Below are positions 37,530 to 57,510 of a stretch of DNA of 64,000 nt, in pieces. This stretch comes from Lama guanicoe (lineage: Eukaryota). A model generated the notes under the pieces. It did not search any database, was not told the DNA's origin, and saw only the letters and a program-made list of their open reading frames with translations. Both the position numbers and the translations under genes were made by a program. Location: contig MU055744.1 of the NCBI GenBank assembly GCA_013239625.1, forward strand, positions 124,001 through 188,000, in the 5' to 3' direction. Positions within the stretch are counted from its first letter, which is position 1, and each line of letters starts with the position of its first letter.

Positions 37530-38100
37530 GTGTTATTAACTACGGAAACCTCAGCCAAAGTTGGAGTCTGAACAGGCCCGCAGGGGCGTGCATGTCAATA
37601 AAGCCATCTCTGCCTACATTCCCCACAGGAAGGTGCCTCTACTTACTGTCCAGGAGGAGGAAGGAAACGTCCCTCTGCCCCAGGATGGCCCAGCTAATCA
37701 CAGACCTCAGCGGCCCAACCAATGGGAAGCCTCCATACTCTGGGACCCCAAACTCTCCAGTGGGCTCTTTGGTTGTCACAGCCCTTCCCAACTCCCCCTT
37801 TTCCCTATAATAAAGCAAGTTCTCACTCCTTGTTCTCTGGATTTGCCTTTTTTTTTTTTTCTGGGAGAATGCCTGGTTTATTTGGTTACATTCTTGGTTA
37901 TGGCCTTTCATGCCTCTTTTTTTTAAACATTTTTTATTGATTTATAATCATTTTACAATGTTGTGTCAAATTCCAGTGTTCAGTGGATTTGCCTCTTATC
38001 TACCATCATTCTCATATCCTGAATTGCAATTCCTTTGCTGTTCCCAAATAAATTTGCTTTTGTTGATAAAATAACCGGTATTATATTATTAAAGTTGGCA
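37530..38100 (+). mobile_element. ERV1 LTR copy A (MER34-like), carrying an L1 insertion
   Basis: TG...CA ends, CCAAT, TATA-like cctataataaag and AATAAA near 38047. Clearly homologous to the LTR at 39126-39600 (shared gaaacctcagc, gggaagcctccatact, cccaaataaa...tattaaagt). Confidence 0.8.
37849..37983 (-). mobile_element. Very short 5'-truncated L1 with 3'-transduced sequence, flanked by TSDs
   Basis: TSD tggatttgcct at 37838-37848 and 37984-37994. Minus strand: L1 terminus ...GAATTTGACACAACATTGTAAAATGATTATAAATCAATAAAAAATGTTT-A8, then 56 nt non-L1 containing AATAAA, then A12-13. Confidence 0.85.
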
Positions 38101-38149
38101 GTAACACACTAACGTTTGAGGCTTGCTAAGTGATGCCGGCACCTCTATG

Positions 38150-38860
38150 CCAATGAAGGAATCTGCAGGTACCATCACTCGTGTGGGGGCTTTATGTGTG
38201 TACACCCCCGTCACACTTCCATATGTGGAAGGTCTGTGAGCGGCCCTTATGTTTGGGCAACCTGTTGCCTTGCTGGCCGGAGAGCACAGGGCAGTGTGGC
38301 CCGCCATATTCACCGTCCCGTTCTCCCCACATCACTGAACAGAAGCCTCGTATGGATCCGTCCCATTAACCCTTTACAACTGCCTTGAGTGAGAACTTCT
38401 AGGAGGCATAAGCAGTTCTGGCTTTGCCTCCGTAGGGACAGCTTTCCCCCCACGGGTGGGAGTGAGCACCAGCGAACCAGGGATCAGGAGCCTGGGAGAG
38501 CCAGCTGACCCTGGAGCCCACGCAGTTTCAGCTGGGCGACCATCACTCCACACTCTGGCCACGGTGGTTTTGGGTAACCACGCAGCATGTGATCACCTGC
38601 TTGCTGAGAGGTGTCTGCAATCGTAAACTCGTCTTGCTGCAAGTGGTTAAATGCCTCTGGGGAGGCAGAGACTCAGTTACATACACTAAAGGGCAAGCAC
38701 ACTGGCCACAGCGAACACCACCCGACACCCTACTGCCTGTTCAACTGGACACCTTCATCTCTGGCTCCTGGCTTAGAACCACCTTGCAAACTGGGTTTAT
38801 TATGTTGTATTAATTCTGGTCTGGTATTTGTCAAGTTTGTCAAACCTTTATAAGAATGAC
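38150..38860 (+). pseudogene. Degenerate retroviral env (C-terminal SU and TM)
   Basis: 38543-38608 reads SLHTLATVVLGNHAACDHLLAE (immunosuppressive-domain-like). After frameshifts it continues GV..AIVNSSCCKWLNASGEAETQLHTLK (CX6CC region). Fusion-peptide-like ELLGGISSSGFASVG near 38392. Confidence 0.75.
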
Positions 38861-39125
38861 AGGCCTAATAAGATGATGCTAGCTCAGCACCTTGAGGTAA
38901 TTTCCAGCGCTTACAGCCCTGACTAACCACGGACTTTTAACACGGGACACCTGAGCGCGCTCCCTACACCTTTGCTTGTTACTCAACTGCAGGTGCGTGA
39001 GGCCTCTCACTTGTGTACTTTCCAAGTGCGCAGGGGAAGGTCCTTCCTGGCGCCGAGGGAGAAACCACTGTCATGCAGAGATCCTGACTCCTAATCAGCG
39101 ATGCTCTGATCAAAAGGGGAAAAAG

Positions 39126-39600
39126 TGGAACGAATGACAGAAACCTCAGCTAAAGTATGAGTCAGGACACTCCGAACACCAGGTGGGTAAAGGGCACTTG
39201 CGCATCACCAGGCACATCGATTACCCCGAACAGGAAGCGACCGCCGGTCTCCGCCTGTCTCCCACGGGAGGGCGCCTCTACCTACCATCCAGGAGGCAGA
39301 AGGAAGCTTCCCTCTTCTTCCCCCAGGACGGCCCAGCCCATCAGAGGTCTCAGCGGCCCTAACAGTGGGAAGCCTCCATACTTCGGACCCCCACCCCAAC
39401 TCCTCCAATGGATTCTGGTTATCACAACCCTTCCCCACTCCCCCTTTGCCCTATAAAAGCAAGTTCCTCCTCCATGTTCCCCGGTTTTGACTGCGACTCC
39501 CCCATAGTTCATAGATCCTGAACTGGAATTTCTCCGCTATACCCAAATAAACTTGCTTTTGCTGCTAAGATAACAGGCTATTACATTATTAAAGTCAACA
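39126..39600 (+). mobile_element. ERV1 3' LTR copy B (MER34-like) preceded by a polypurine tract
   Basis: PPT aaaaggggaaaaa at 39112-39124, TATA cctataaaag, AATAAA near 39545, end aaagtcaaca. Confidence 0.8.
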
Positions 39601-40162
39601 CATTTTCAGAATTCCTGTGTTGTGGAGCGTAAACCTGTAGGAATGCCACAGTGAGCACATCTAGGTGAAACCTCAAGTATTACCCAAATCAACGTCAGCA
39701 TTAACGATCAGATACACATCGGATCAAACACCTTGGAGAAACGTCTGAATTGTCTTTCTGTTGTTTCTATAATGCAATTCTGCAAAGTCACGATGTGGCA
39801 TTCAATGAGAACACAGCCAAAAATGTCAGCAAAAGCACTAGAGATGCATCCATTGATTCATGGAAATATCCTCCTCCGAATTTTGAGATGTGGCATGTCA
39901 GTTTTCAAAAATTCATAATTTATTGACTTATTTTCTCATTAAATAAATTATAAAATAACTAAAATATTAGTTATTTTAAATAACATTAACATTATATTAT
40001 GTATACATCATAGTACATTATTTTATCATTATGTATATATTTTTTAAAATGTTATACAAGAATATTATTTTCTGTAAGCAATTTTGTTTTTATAATTTTA
40101 TTTCCTTTGTCCTCCACATATTAACATGTGCTTCAGGCCCCACCAAACCTGCATCTACCCCT
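39601..40162 (+). mobile_element. hAT-Tip100 (Zaphod-like) DNA transposon right end
   Basis: LEKRLNCLSVVSI at about 39733 resembles the hAT C-terminal dimerisation motif RLNxLxxLxI. AT-rich tail ends gcttcaggccccaccaaacctgcatctacccctg, like the recalled Zaphod terminus. Confidence 0.6.
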
Positions 40163-40329
40163 GCCCCCACCATCTTGGCATCACCTGAGCACAACTCCAG
40201 AGAAACAAAACTTTGAATTGCATGAGGGGGACAAAAAAAAAAAAAAAGCATGAAACAGAAACTAATTTCACCTACAGAAAAATCAACGCAGCCACCTTTT
40301 CTCTGCATCCAGTTTGTGCACCCACTTTG

Positions 40330-41760
40330 CCTGCGCGTGGCGTGGCGGGGCCGAGGGCTGGTGACCCCCATCTCCACAGGGGCGGCCCGGATGCCAGTGT
40401 GGGGCCCAGTCTCCCTCCCTCTCCCTGCGCCCCCTCCTCCCCGGGTCTTTCCCTTCTCCCCGGTGCACAGCACCCCCTACTCGAATTCCTCCTTCCCCTC
40501 CCAGTACCCCTCCCCACGTCCTGAGCCCCCACTTCGTTAGGAGGGCCTTCCCGCGCTGCGCTGCCCCCACAACCGAGTTCCCCTGCTCCCACCCCCACGT
40601 CCTCTCTCCTCTCTGCCAGCGGAATCCCCACACCTTCGTGCCCCTCTTCGCCCCCTCAGTCCCCTCGTCCCTCCAGGCCCCTCGTCCCCCCTTCGCCNNN
40701 NNNNNNNNNNNNNNNNNNNNNNNNNNNNNNNNNNNNNNNNNNNNNNNNNNNNNNNNNNNNNNNNNNNNNNNNNNNNNNNNNNNNNNNNNNNNNNNNNNNN
40801 NNNNNNNNNNNNNNNNNNNNNNNNNNNNNNNNNNNNNNNNNNNNNNNNNNNNNNNNNNNNNNNNNNNNNNNNNNNNNNNNNNNNNNNNNNNNNNNNNNNN
40901 NNNNNNNNNNNNNNNNNNNNNNNNNNNNNNNNNNNNNNNNNNNNNNNNNNNNNNNNNNNNNNNNNNNNNNNNNNNNNNNNNNNNNNNNNNNNNNNNNNNN
41001 NNNNNNNNNNNNNNNNNNNNNNNNNNNNNNNNNNNNNNNNNNNNNNNNNNNNNNNNNNNNNNNNNNNNNNNNNNNNNNNNNNNNNNNNNNNNNNNNNNNN
41101 NNNNNNNNNNNNNNNNNNNNNNNNNNNNNNNNNNNNNNNNNNNNNNNNNNNNNNNNNNNNNNNNNNNNNNNNNNNNNNNNNNNNNNNNNNCCCAGTTCCC
41201 CGAAATCCCCCGCCTGCACCCCAGCGCCCCTTCAGCGCCCCCTAGTGGCCGCGTGCCCTAGCCCCGACCCCTCCCGCCCCACGTCGCGCACCCGCGGCGT
41301 TCCCTCGGACGAGCCGAGCGTGGATTGGTCCGAGCCGCGGGAAGTGCCCGCCCCCGTACCGCCGGCCAATGGGCTGAGGGGGCGGGTCGGCTCTGACGCC
41401 GGAAGCGCCCGAGCTACGAGGGGACGTCGCGTCGCCGGGTCTCGAGCAGCTGCCTCGGAGCCGCCGGTCGGACCTCCCGCCCCGCCTGCCCCGCCCGCCC
41501 CGCCTGCCCGCCATGGCTGAGAGTGACTGGGACACGGTGACGGTGCTTCGCAAAAAGGGCCCCACAGCCGCCCAGGCCAAGTCCAAGCAGGTGCGGGTGC
41601 AGCGCGGGCCTCGGGACCCAGGAGCGGCAGGGCGGGCGGGGCTGACGCGGGGCCGGGGACCGGAGTCGAGGACCGGGACGGGAGCGGAGAGGCGCCAGGG
41701 GCGGGGGCCGGGGCAGCGGTGGGAGAGGGGGCCCGAGCTGGTGGAAGGGTCGAGGCGGTC
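40330..41760 (+). promoter_or_regulatory. EDF1 CpG-island promoter (interrupted by an N gap)
   Basis: CpG-rich, with ATTGG near 41324, CCAAT near 41366, ETS-type cgggaagtg and gccggaagc, and GC boxes just upstream of ATG 41513. Confidence 0.8.
40698..41190. other. Assembly gap (493 N)
   Basis: Run of N inside the GC-rich promoter. Confidence 1.
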
Positions 41761-44609
41761 TTCGGGCTAATGATACCAGGCAGGGTCCCGAGGCCCTTGA
41801 GGCCCTCGACCTCTTAGTGGGGACAGGGACATTGGGAAGGGAGGGGAAGCGGGGCGACTTTGGCAGGGGAGGACCTCGGGGCGGAGATCCGTGGTGGGGC
41901 CAGAGAAGGGATAGGACAGGGGCAGTGTTGGCCGGCACCCTGCCCCAGGGCCTTCTTACTCCCTTTGCGGGGTGCCTGGGAGTCCGATGTGGCACGCTGC
42001 TGGCTGTCGGGAGCCCTTGGCCTAGGCTGGGGTGGCCTAGAGACGCAGCAGGCAGGTGGACCTTGTGTTCCCATCTCGCAAGGGTAGCCAGCATGCACTG
42101 AGAGGTACTTGGGACAGAGGGTTCCCGGTCTGGCTAACCCATCCAAGGTTCATCTGTGAGTCAGTGTAAGGGGGTGAAGGGCAGTTCAGTCATGAGGGAC
42201 CTCTGCTTGTTTCTTCTCTTAGGCCGCGTTGGGTCAGCCCGAGACACTTCTGGGCCATGACTAGCTTCAGCCCTGGTGACCAGCATTCATTGACCTGCCC
42301 TGGACTTAGCAATTGGTCAAAACCAAATTCACTCTCCTTTTTTTTGCTTTCCCGAAGAAAACTTAATAGCCACAAGCTAGGAGTCGTGAACAGTTCTAGA
42401 AAGCACCTGTGAACATGTGATACTTAGAACAAAACATCCCACAGTAACTTTGCGGAGGTATCAGAAGCTTCAGGAAATGCGTTGCGTTAACATTCGGCAA
42501 CTGTGGATGGAGGGGTATCACTGTCTTTGGTGATGTTTGGGGTGGGGCTTGCAGGTGTTGTGCGATGCGCCATCTTTTATTATGAGCCGGAATGACTGAG
42601 GAAGGCCCAACCAGGTCCTCACTCGATGTTCCTTCCTGTTTTTGCAGTGGAGTCTAGTAGAGATACAAATCTATTTCAAGTGTGGGTTTCTAAAAGGAAT
42701 CTATTAGCACGTCTTTCTCAACAGCAGAGGGGAGCTCTTTGTTTCCCTTAGCAGCAGTTTATTGAGAGTTGCCTGGTTATTTGGTTGTACAGGGATTTAT
42801 ATAGCAAGCTTTGGTCTAAACCCAGTGTTGCTTGTCAGTCCTTGAAAAAGCCCCAGGTACCTCAGCGCTTAAGGGGATGAGCTCCGAGCCTGACTGCCTG
42901 GGCTCACAAAACATGAGGCATTAGCAGTGTGCTGACTGACTGACAGCAGCCTGGATTGGCATTTGCCAGGTACTACCAAAGCTAATTTTGACCAAAAAAA
43001 TCTCCTAATTTCCTAGGCCATCTTAGCGGCTCAGAGACGAGGAGAAGATGTGGAGACGTCCAAGAAATGTAGGTACTTGTGTTTCCACTCGCAGAGCCGG
43101 GGATACCGCTGGGGCTCATATCTGCAGGTGCCTGCTTGGCGCCCCCAGGGGTGTCAGGACGGCCGCTGGCAGCTGAGGCCGCTGCAGAGCTGGGAGGTGT
43201 CTTGGATCTCATCGGAGCAGCTGTGGTTGGCATAGGTTGGGGGTACTTCCCGAGACTAGGAGGAAATTCTGGACTCCACATTCTTAGGTCTGTGAAGGTG
43301 CTGATACAGGGTGGCCTGGCTCAGCTTGTCTCCCTGGGTGCTCCCTGTCTGCAGTGGCTCAGCTTGTCACCCTGGGTATGGGCACCTGCTGGGCCTGGTT
43401 TCTCGTCTGCAGTGGCTCTTGATCGGGTTTGTTACAAACCCTCTCCTCTGGTTTTGCCTCATGCTGGTCCAGGGGCCGCTGGCCAGAACAAACAGCATTC
43501 GATCACCAAGAACACGGCCAAGCTGGATCGGGAGACGGAGGAGCTGCACCACGACCGGGTGACCCTGGAGGTGGGCAAGGTGATCCAGCAGGGCCGGCAG
43601 AGCAAGGGGCTGACCCAGAAAGACCTGGCGACGGTGAGCGTGCGGCCCCCTGACCCAGGATCAAGCAGGCGGGAGGACGGCCTTCAGAAGGCACCCGAGG
43701 CGCGAGCCCTGCTCCTCTGGGGACTTAGGGGGCTTCCGGGGGCCCTGAAGGCTCTGGGGAAGCCACGGGTGTTAGCTGTAACTTCCTCTTGCATGTGTCG
43801 TGGTTCTGAGACCCTAAGCCTCCGAGAGCTGCTGTCAGCGCAGGAACGCGGTGTCCAAGGCGTCCCACCTGGGTATGTCTGGGCCTCCCAGCATCTCTTT
43901 GAACTGAAATGTGCAAAGTACATGTTCTCTTTAGAAAATCAACGAGAAGCCGCAGGTCATCGCGGACTATGAGAGCGGCCGGGCCATCCCTAACAATCAG
44001 GTCCTGGGCAAGATCGAGAGAGCCATCGGTGAGTGCCCTGCCGGCCTTCGCTGGCCAGGCACGCTGACCTGGGTGGGGCTGGTGAGGACAGGCACAGGAA
44101 GGCCCCTGGGCCCCAGAATTCTCCAGAAACTTAAGAAAACTCTCACAAGTGAGTAGTGTGTGGGCTCTTTCCCCATTCTCTGCGCCGCAGGCTCGCACTC
44201 TCGGGTACTGGCCGCGGTCACATTTCGCTTCCCATGCCCCCAGGCTCCCCGAGCAAGGAGGCCTGGTTCTGGGAAGGGGTTTCCCCTCTCACCTCAAGGA
44301 TGGGGAGGCACGTGCTCTTAAAAACTCAACGTGAAGAATAGGTGTGTGGGGGCTGAGGGCCCAGTGGGGGCAGAGTGGGGCGTATTCCTCCCTGCCCCTC
44401 CTGCCCTGCCCCCACCCCCCCTCAAAGGAGGCAGGGAGCTGGCGCTCAGAGGTGGTGAGGGTGCCTGCTGCCGCCCCCGGGGCTGTGGCTGGGGTCCTCA
44501 AAACGCGAGTGGGCGTCGCGGCGCTCAGTGGGCTGCTGGTCTTTCAGGCCTCAAGCTCCGGGGGAAGGACGTCGGGAAGCCCATCGAGAAGGGGCCAAGG
44601 GCGAAATGA
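41513..44609 (+). CDS. EDF1: Endothelial differentiation-related factor 1 / MBF1 (HTH coactivator, collided-ribosome sensor), 148 aa
   Basis: Exons 41513-41590 ([26 protein letters not shown]), 43017-43068, 43473-43633, 43935-44028, 44548-44609 (...[20 protein letters not shown]). GT-AG, 447 nt in total. Confidence 0.98.
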
Positions 44610-44973
44610 ACACAAAGCCTCGAAGTCAGTGTGTCCGACTGACCTCGCCTGGCTGGTTCCCTGACCGCCACCGCCGGCGCGGGTCTCTCCACGTGGCCAA
44701 GTGGATCGCAGGGCGTCAGCCCTGCCCGGGACCCCTCCCCAAACCTGCTGTCAGACTAACAAACAAAACTTTGCAAAGTGTTTGCTTCTCCTGGTTTTTT
44801 CCTCCCTGCCCCCGTCCCTCAAATGGGGTGCGGAGCGCCACCTTCCTCTCCCCCGTGTCTGCCCAGCTGCGCGTGGCTCCCGGGGAGCCCTGAGGGGGAC
44901 CGCCTCACCGGGGGCGGGCGGCCTGGCCGTCTGGGAGAGGAGCTGTGTCTCCAGCCCGGCCCTTAGAGAAACG

Positions 44974-44979
44974 AATAAA
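44974..44979 (+). terminator. EDF1 polyadenylation signal AATAAA
   Basis: First canonical hexamer after the stop, followed by GU/U-rich sequence. Confidence 0.65.
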
Positions 44980-45409
44980 CGTTTGTCGCCCTTCCTGCTG
45001 GTGGCGCGTCGTGCTGTCCAGTCTCTTCTGTCGCACCTTTAGCACCCCCGCCTTTGGCCCACAGCGTGCCGAAGGGCTGATACCATGAGATGCCATGGCA
45101 GGTGGAGGGCCGAGGGGTGTGAAGGGCTCTGTGCGGGCTCTGGTCCTCGTCCCGTCTGCAGGGACCGTTAGTGGGCGAAGGTCAGCCTCTTGGCACCAGG
45201 CCCCTGTTCTCCCCTGCAGAACCCAGGGGCCGTAGTGCCAAGGTGGATCCCCCGGGCTGGAGGGGGCACCTAGCCATGGGCCGCCACTCTCCCCCAGGAC
45301 AGCCATTCCCCATAGAGCCTTCCAGACCCAGGCAGGGTGTGTCTGAAACTCCGGCACGGAAGGTCAGAGCCTGGGACCTTCTCTGGGTTAGAAAGACTCG
45401 GGGCTCCAT

Positions 45410-45415
45410 TTTATT
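45410..45415 (-). terminator. Distal candidate MAMDC4 polyadenylation signal AATAAA
   Basis: tttatt on the plus strand, about 850 nt past the stop. Confidence 0.4.
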
Positions 45416-46102
45416 AGAGGCTGGCGTGTGGGTGGGGACCTTGAGACACGTCTAGGGGGTCACCTTTGTCCTCAGGCCCTGGGAAGCCAGGAGGGCAGGA
45501 ACCTCAGCTTTGCCTACCAGTGACCTGCTCAGGGGCATCATGGGGACACTTAGTGACCTCTGCTTTGAGACAGATTCTGGGGACAGCTTAAACCCTTACT
45601 GTGAGATGTTGGACATGGGGATCTTGATGATGGAAGGGTGAACATGGGAACCTCTGGGGCTCTGGACAGGGGAACACTTACTATGGGACAGTGGACACAT
45701 CAGGGCACTTCCCCACCTTGGACTTGTTCATCAGCCCATCGCCTGCACCCGTGGGGGTTTCCCTCTGTCCTAAATCATGCAGAATCGCATAGCGAGGCAG
45801 GGGCTCGGATGGGCCCTGGGTCAGATTCCCACAAGGTTGGGCTGGGGCTTGCCTGGCCTGGGGCAGCGGCTTCTCAGGGTCCCACTGCATCGGCCTCCTA
45901 GTGTCTGTAGCCCCTGGCCCTGTATCACGCGGCCTGTTTCCTGTCAACTAAGTCACTGAGACACGCAGGAGGCGCCCCCATGCGCATCCTCTGGGGCAGG
46001 TTGGGTTGAGTCTGAGGATCCCCCCTTCCTGCTGATGGGCAGAGTAGGACACACAAACCTCGACCCTGCTGGCCAGCAGGGCATCCCTCGTGGGCCAGGG
46101 CG

Positions 46103-54433
<8,331 letters not shown>

Positions 54434-54678
54434 GGTCAGGCATCTGTGGATGCCGAGAGGCAGTGTGGATGCCGGCCAGCCTCGCAGGGACTTAGCCTGG
54501 TTATGGGCCTGGGGCCCCACAGGCCGACTGCTCTAACTGGAGAGCGAGGCTCAGCCCCTTTCCGTCCCTGCGGCCCCTGGCCCAGCCCCACCCTGTGCCC
54601 ACGAGGGTGAACATCCAGCTGTAAACGCCTCCAGAGGGGGCCCCGGCCCAGGTAGGCTCCCACCTGCCTGGCTCCTTT

Positions 54679-54691
54679 AGGTCAAAGGTCA
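54679..54691. promoter_or_regulatory. Perfect DR1 nuclear-receptor element AGGTCAAAGGTCA upstream of MAMDC4
   Basis: Exact consensus DR1 (HNF4/RXR/PPAR/COUP-TF class) about 250 bp upstream of the MAMDC4 ATG. Confidence 0.6.
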
Positions 54692-55896
54692 GGTCCTGGA
54701 CATCGTGCCCACGGCTGCACAGCTCTGGTGGAGAGGCCCCACTTGAGGCAACACTGAGTGGCACAGGTGTCCTGACACCTCCTGGGAGTTCAACTCAGCC
54801 CTGCCCAGGCTGCCAGGAGGAACCCAGCTCATGCAAACCCCACACCTGGCCCCTGAGTTCCCTGCTTGGGGGGGGCGGCCCTAGCACCAAGGACATCCTC
54901 CTGCTCCGTAACTCACACAGTCCTGCTCACTCGCAAGTGATGACTGTTTATTCATCAGCAAGTGTCCTGAGCAGCGAGGGCCAGGCACTGCCAGGCACAG
55001 TGTCCAGAGAAGCCCAGGGGCCCTGGGCCTTGTGGCATAGACCCCAGTGGAGGATTCAGAGCCAGGCTCTGTCCACAGTTTACCACCGTGTGGCCAAGCG
55101 AGCTCATCTCACCTGAGCCTCGGTTTCCTCATCTGTAAAATGTGGTCCCAAGAGTGCCTGTCTGGGGAGGCCCCTACAAAGCCCCTGGGAGCTCACAGGA
55201 GGCTGGCACAATGTGATCGCAGCCTCAGCAAGGGGCACCCACGCTCATGGTGAGCCACAGGGACAGCCGTGCCTGGTCCTGCCCTCCCCACATGCCACCT
55301 CTACTCCTCACGGCCAAGAAAAGGGGAACAGGCTCCTGGGAGTTCCAGCTCCAAGTCTGCAGTCCTGCTGTTCATTCTGAGTGGGAGTCTGTGACTCCAG
55401 GGTAGGGGCCGCGGGACCTGATCTGGGAATCAAGAGGTCGTGCACCACTTCACTTGTGACCTCAGCGGGCAGAGCACACGTGGATGCTGACATGAGGCAG
55501 CCAGGACGGTGGTGCTGGTGCCTGCGCTCCCCACACGTTGGGATGGGCCCCCGCCTCACCGCCCCAAGGGACTCGGCCCTAGCTCCTTGCGTAAGGGCTC
55601 ATCAGGCCTCCTCCCAGATGTCCTTGGGGAGAGCAGGTGCATGGAACAGCAATCAGGCCATAAACGGGGGCAGCAACCCGGGGGCCCCTTATCAGACCCC
55701 AAAGGGCTGAGTGTGCACTGCCCCTCCCTGGGCCCAGAGGTGGAGCCAGGTAAGGAGCAGCCAGGAGTGACCTGTGCCCCCAAGGCTGCCTCTGGCTCTC
55801 AACTACCCACCTACTCTCGTCAGGAGTTCAGAGGTAACCTAGGAACAGAAAAACCAAGACACACACCATCTGGGGACCAGCAGAGGTGATGATGCT

Positions 55897-55902
55897 TTTA
55901 AT
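55897..55902 (-). terminator. PHPT1 polyadenylation signal ATTAAA
   Basis: tttaat on the plus strand about 140 nt after the stop, followed on the minus strand by GU-rich GGTGTGTGTCTTGGTTTT. Confidence 0.7.
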
Positions 55903-56041
55903 GTTCCCTGGAGAGGTAATCCCGGGCACCAAGGCCTAGCCAGGGTGGCAAAATGCCAGGGGCTGCAGTCCAGCTCCTTGGAAGGGGCCTCGAGGGCAGA
56001 GTTCTGAGAGGGTCCTGGAGGCGGCAGGCCTCCGGTGGGCC

Positions 56042-57287
<1,246 letters not shown>

Positions 57288-57339
57288 GTTCCCGGAGGGC
57301 GCCCGCCCCTGAGGCCTGTGGCCCTTCCCATCGCGACCC

Positions 57340-57510
57340 CGGGGTGCACGTCAGCGTGGTGGGCGGAGCCTCGAGGCTCTTGACCAATCCCGTCGGGACA
57401 TGCTGCCCGGGCCCAGCGCCTCAGCCAATCGTGCCGCCAACGCGCAGCACGGACTGGCCAATCGCAATCCAGCTCTTTGCAGCCCAACACCACGCCGGCC
57501 CCATTTAAAG
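57340..57510 (-). promoter_or_regulatory. PHPT1 proximal promoter
   Basis: CRE-like cacgtca near 57347, GC box gggcggag at 57361, and three CCAAT boxes at 57384, 57425 and 57458. Confidence 0.65.

Noticed and set aside
40638-41261. ORFs full of X (also 36871-37272)
   Set aside because: Artefacts of N gaps.
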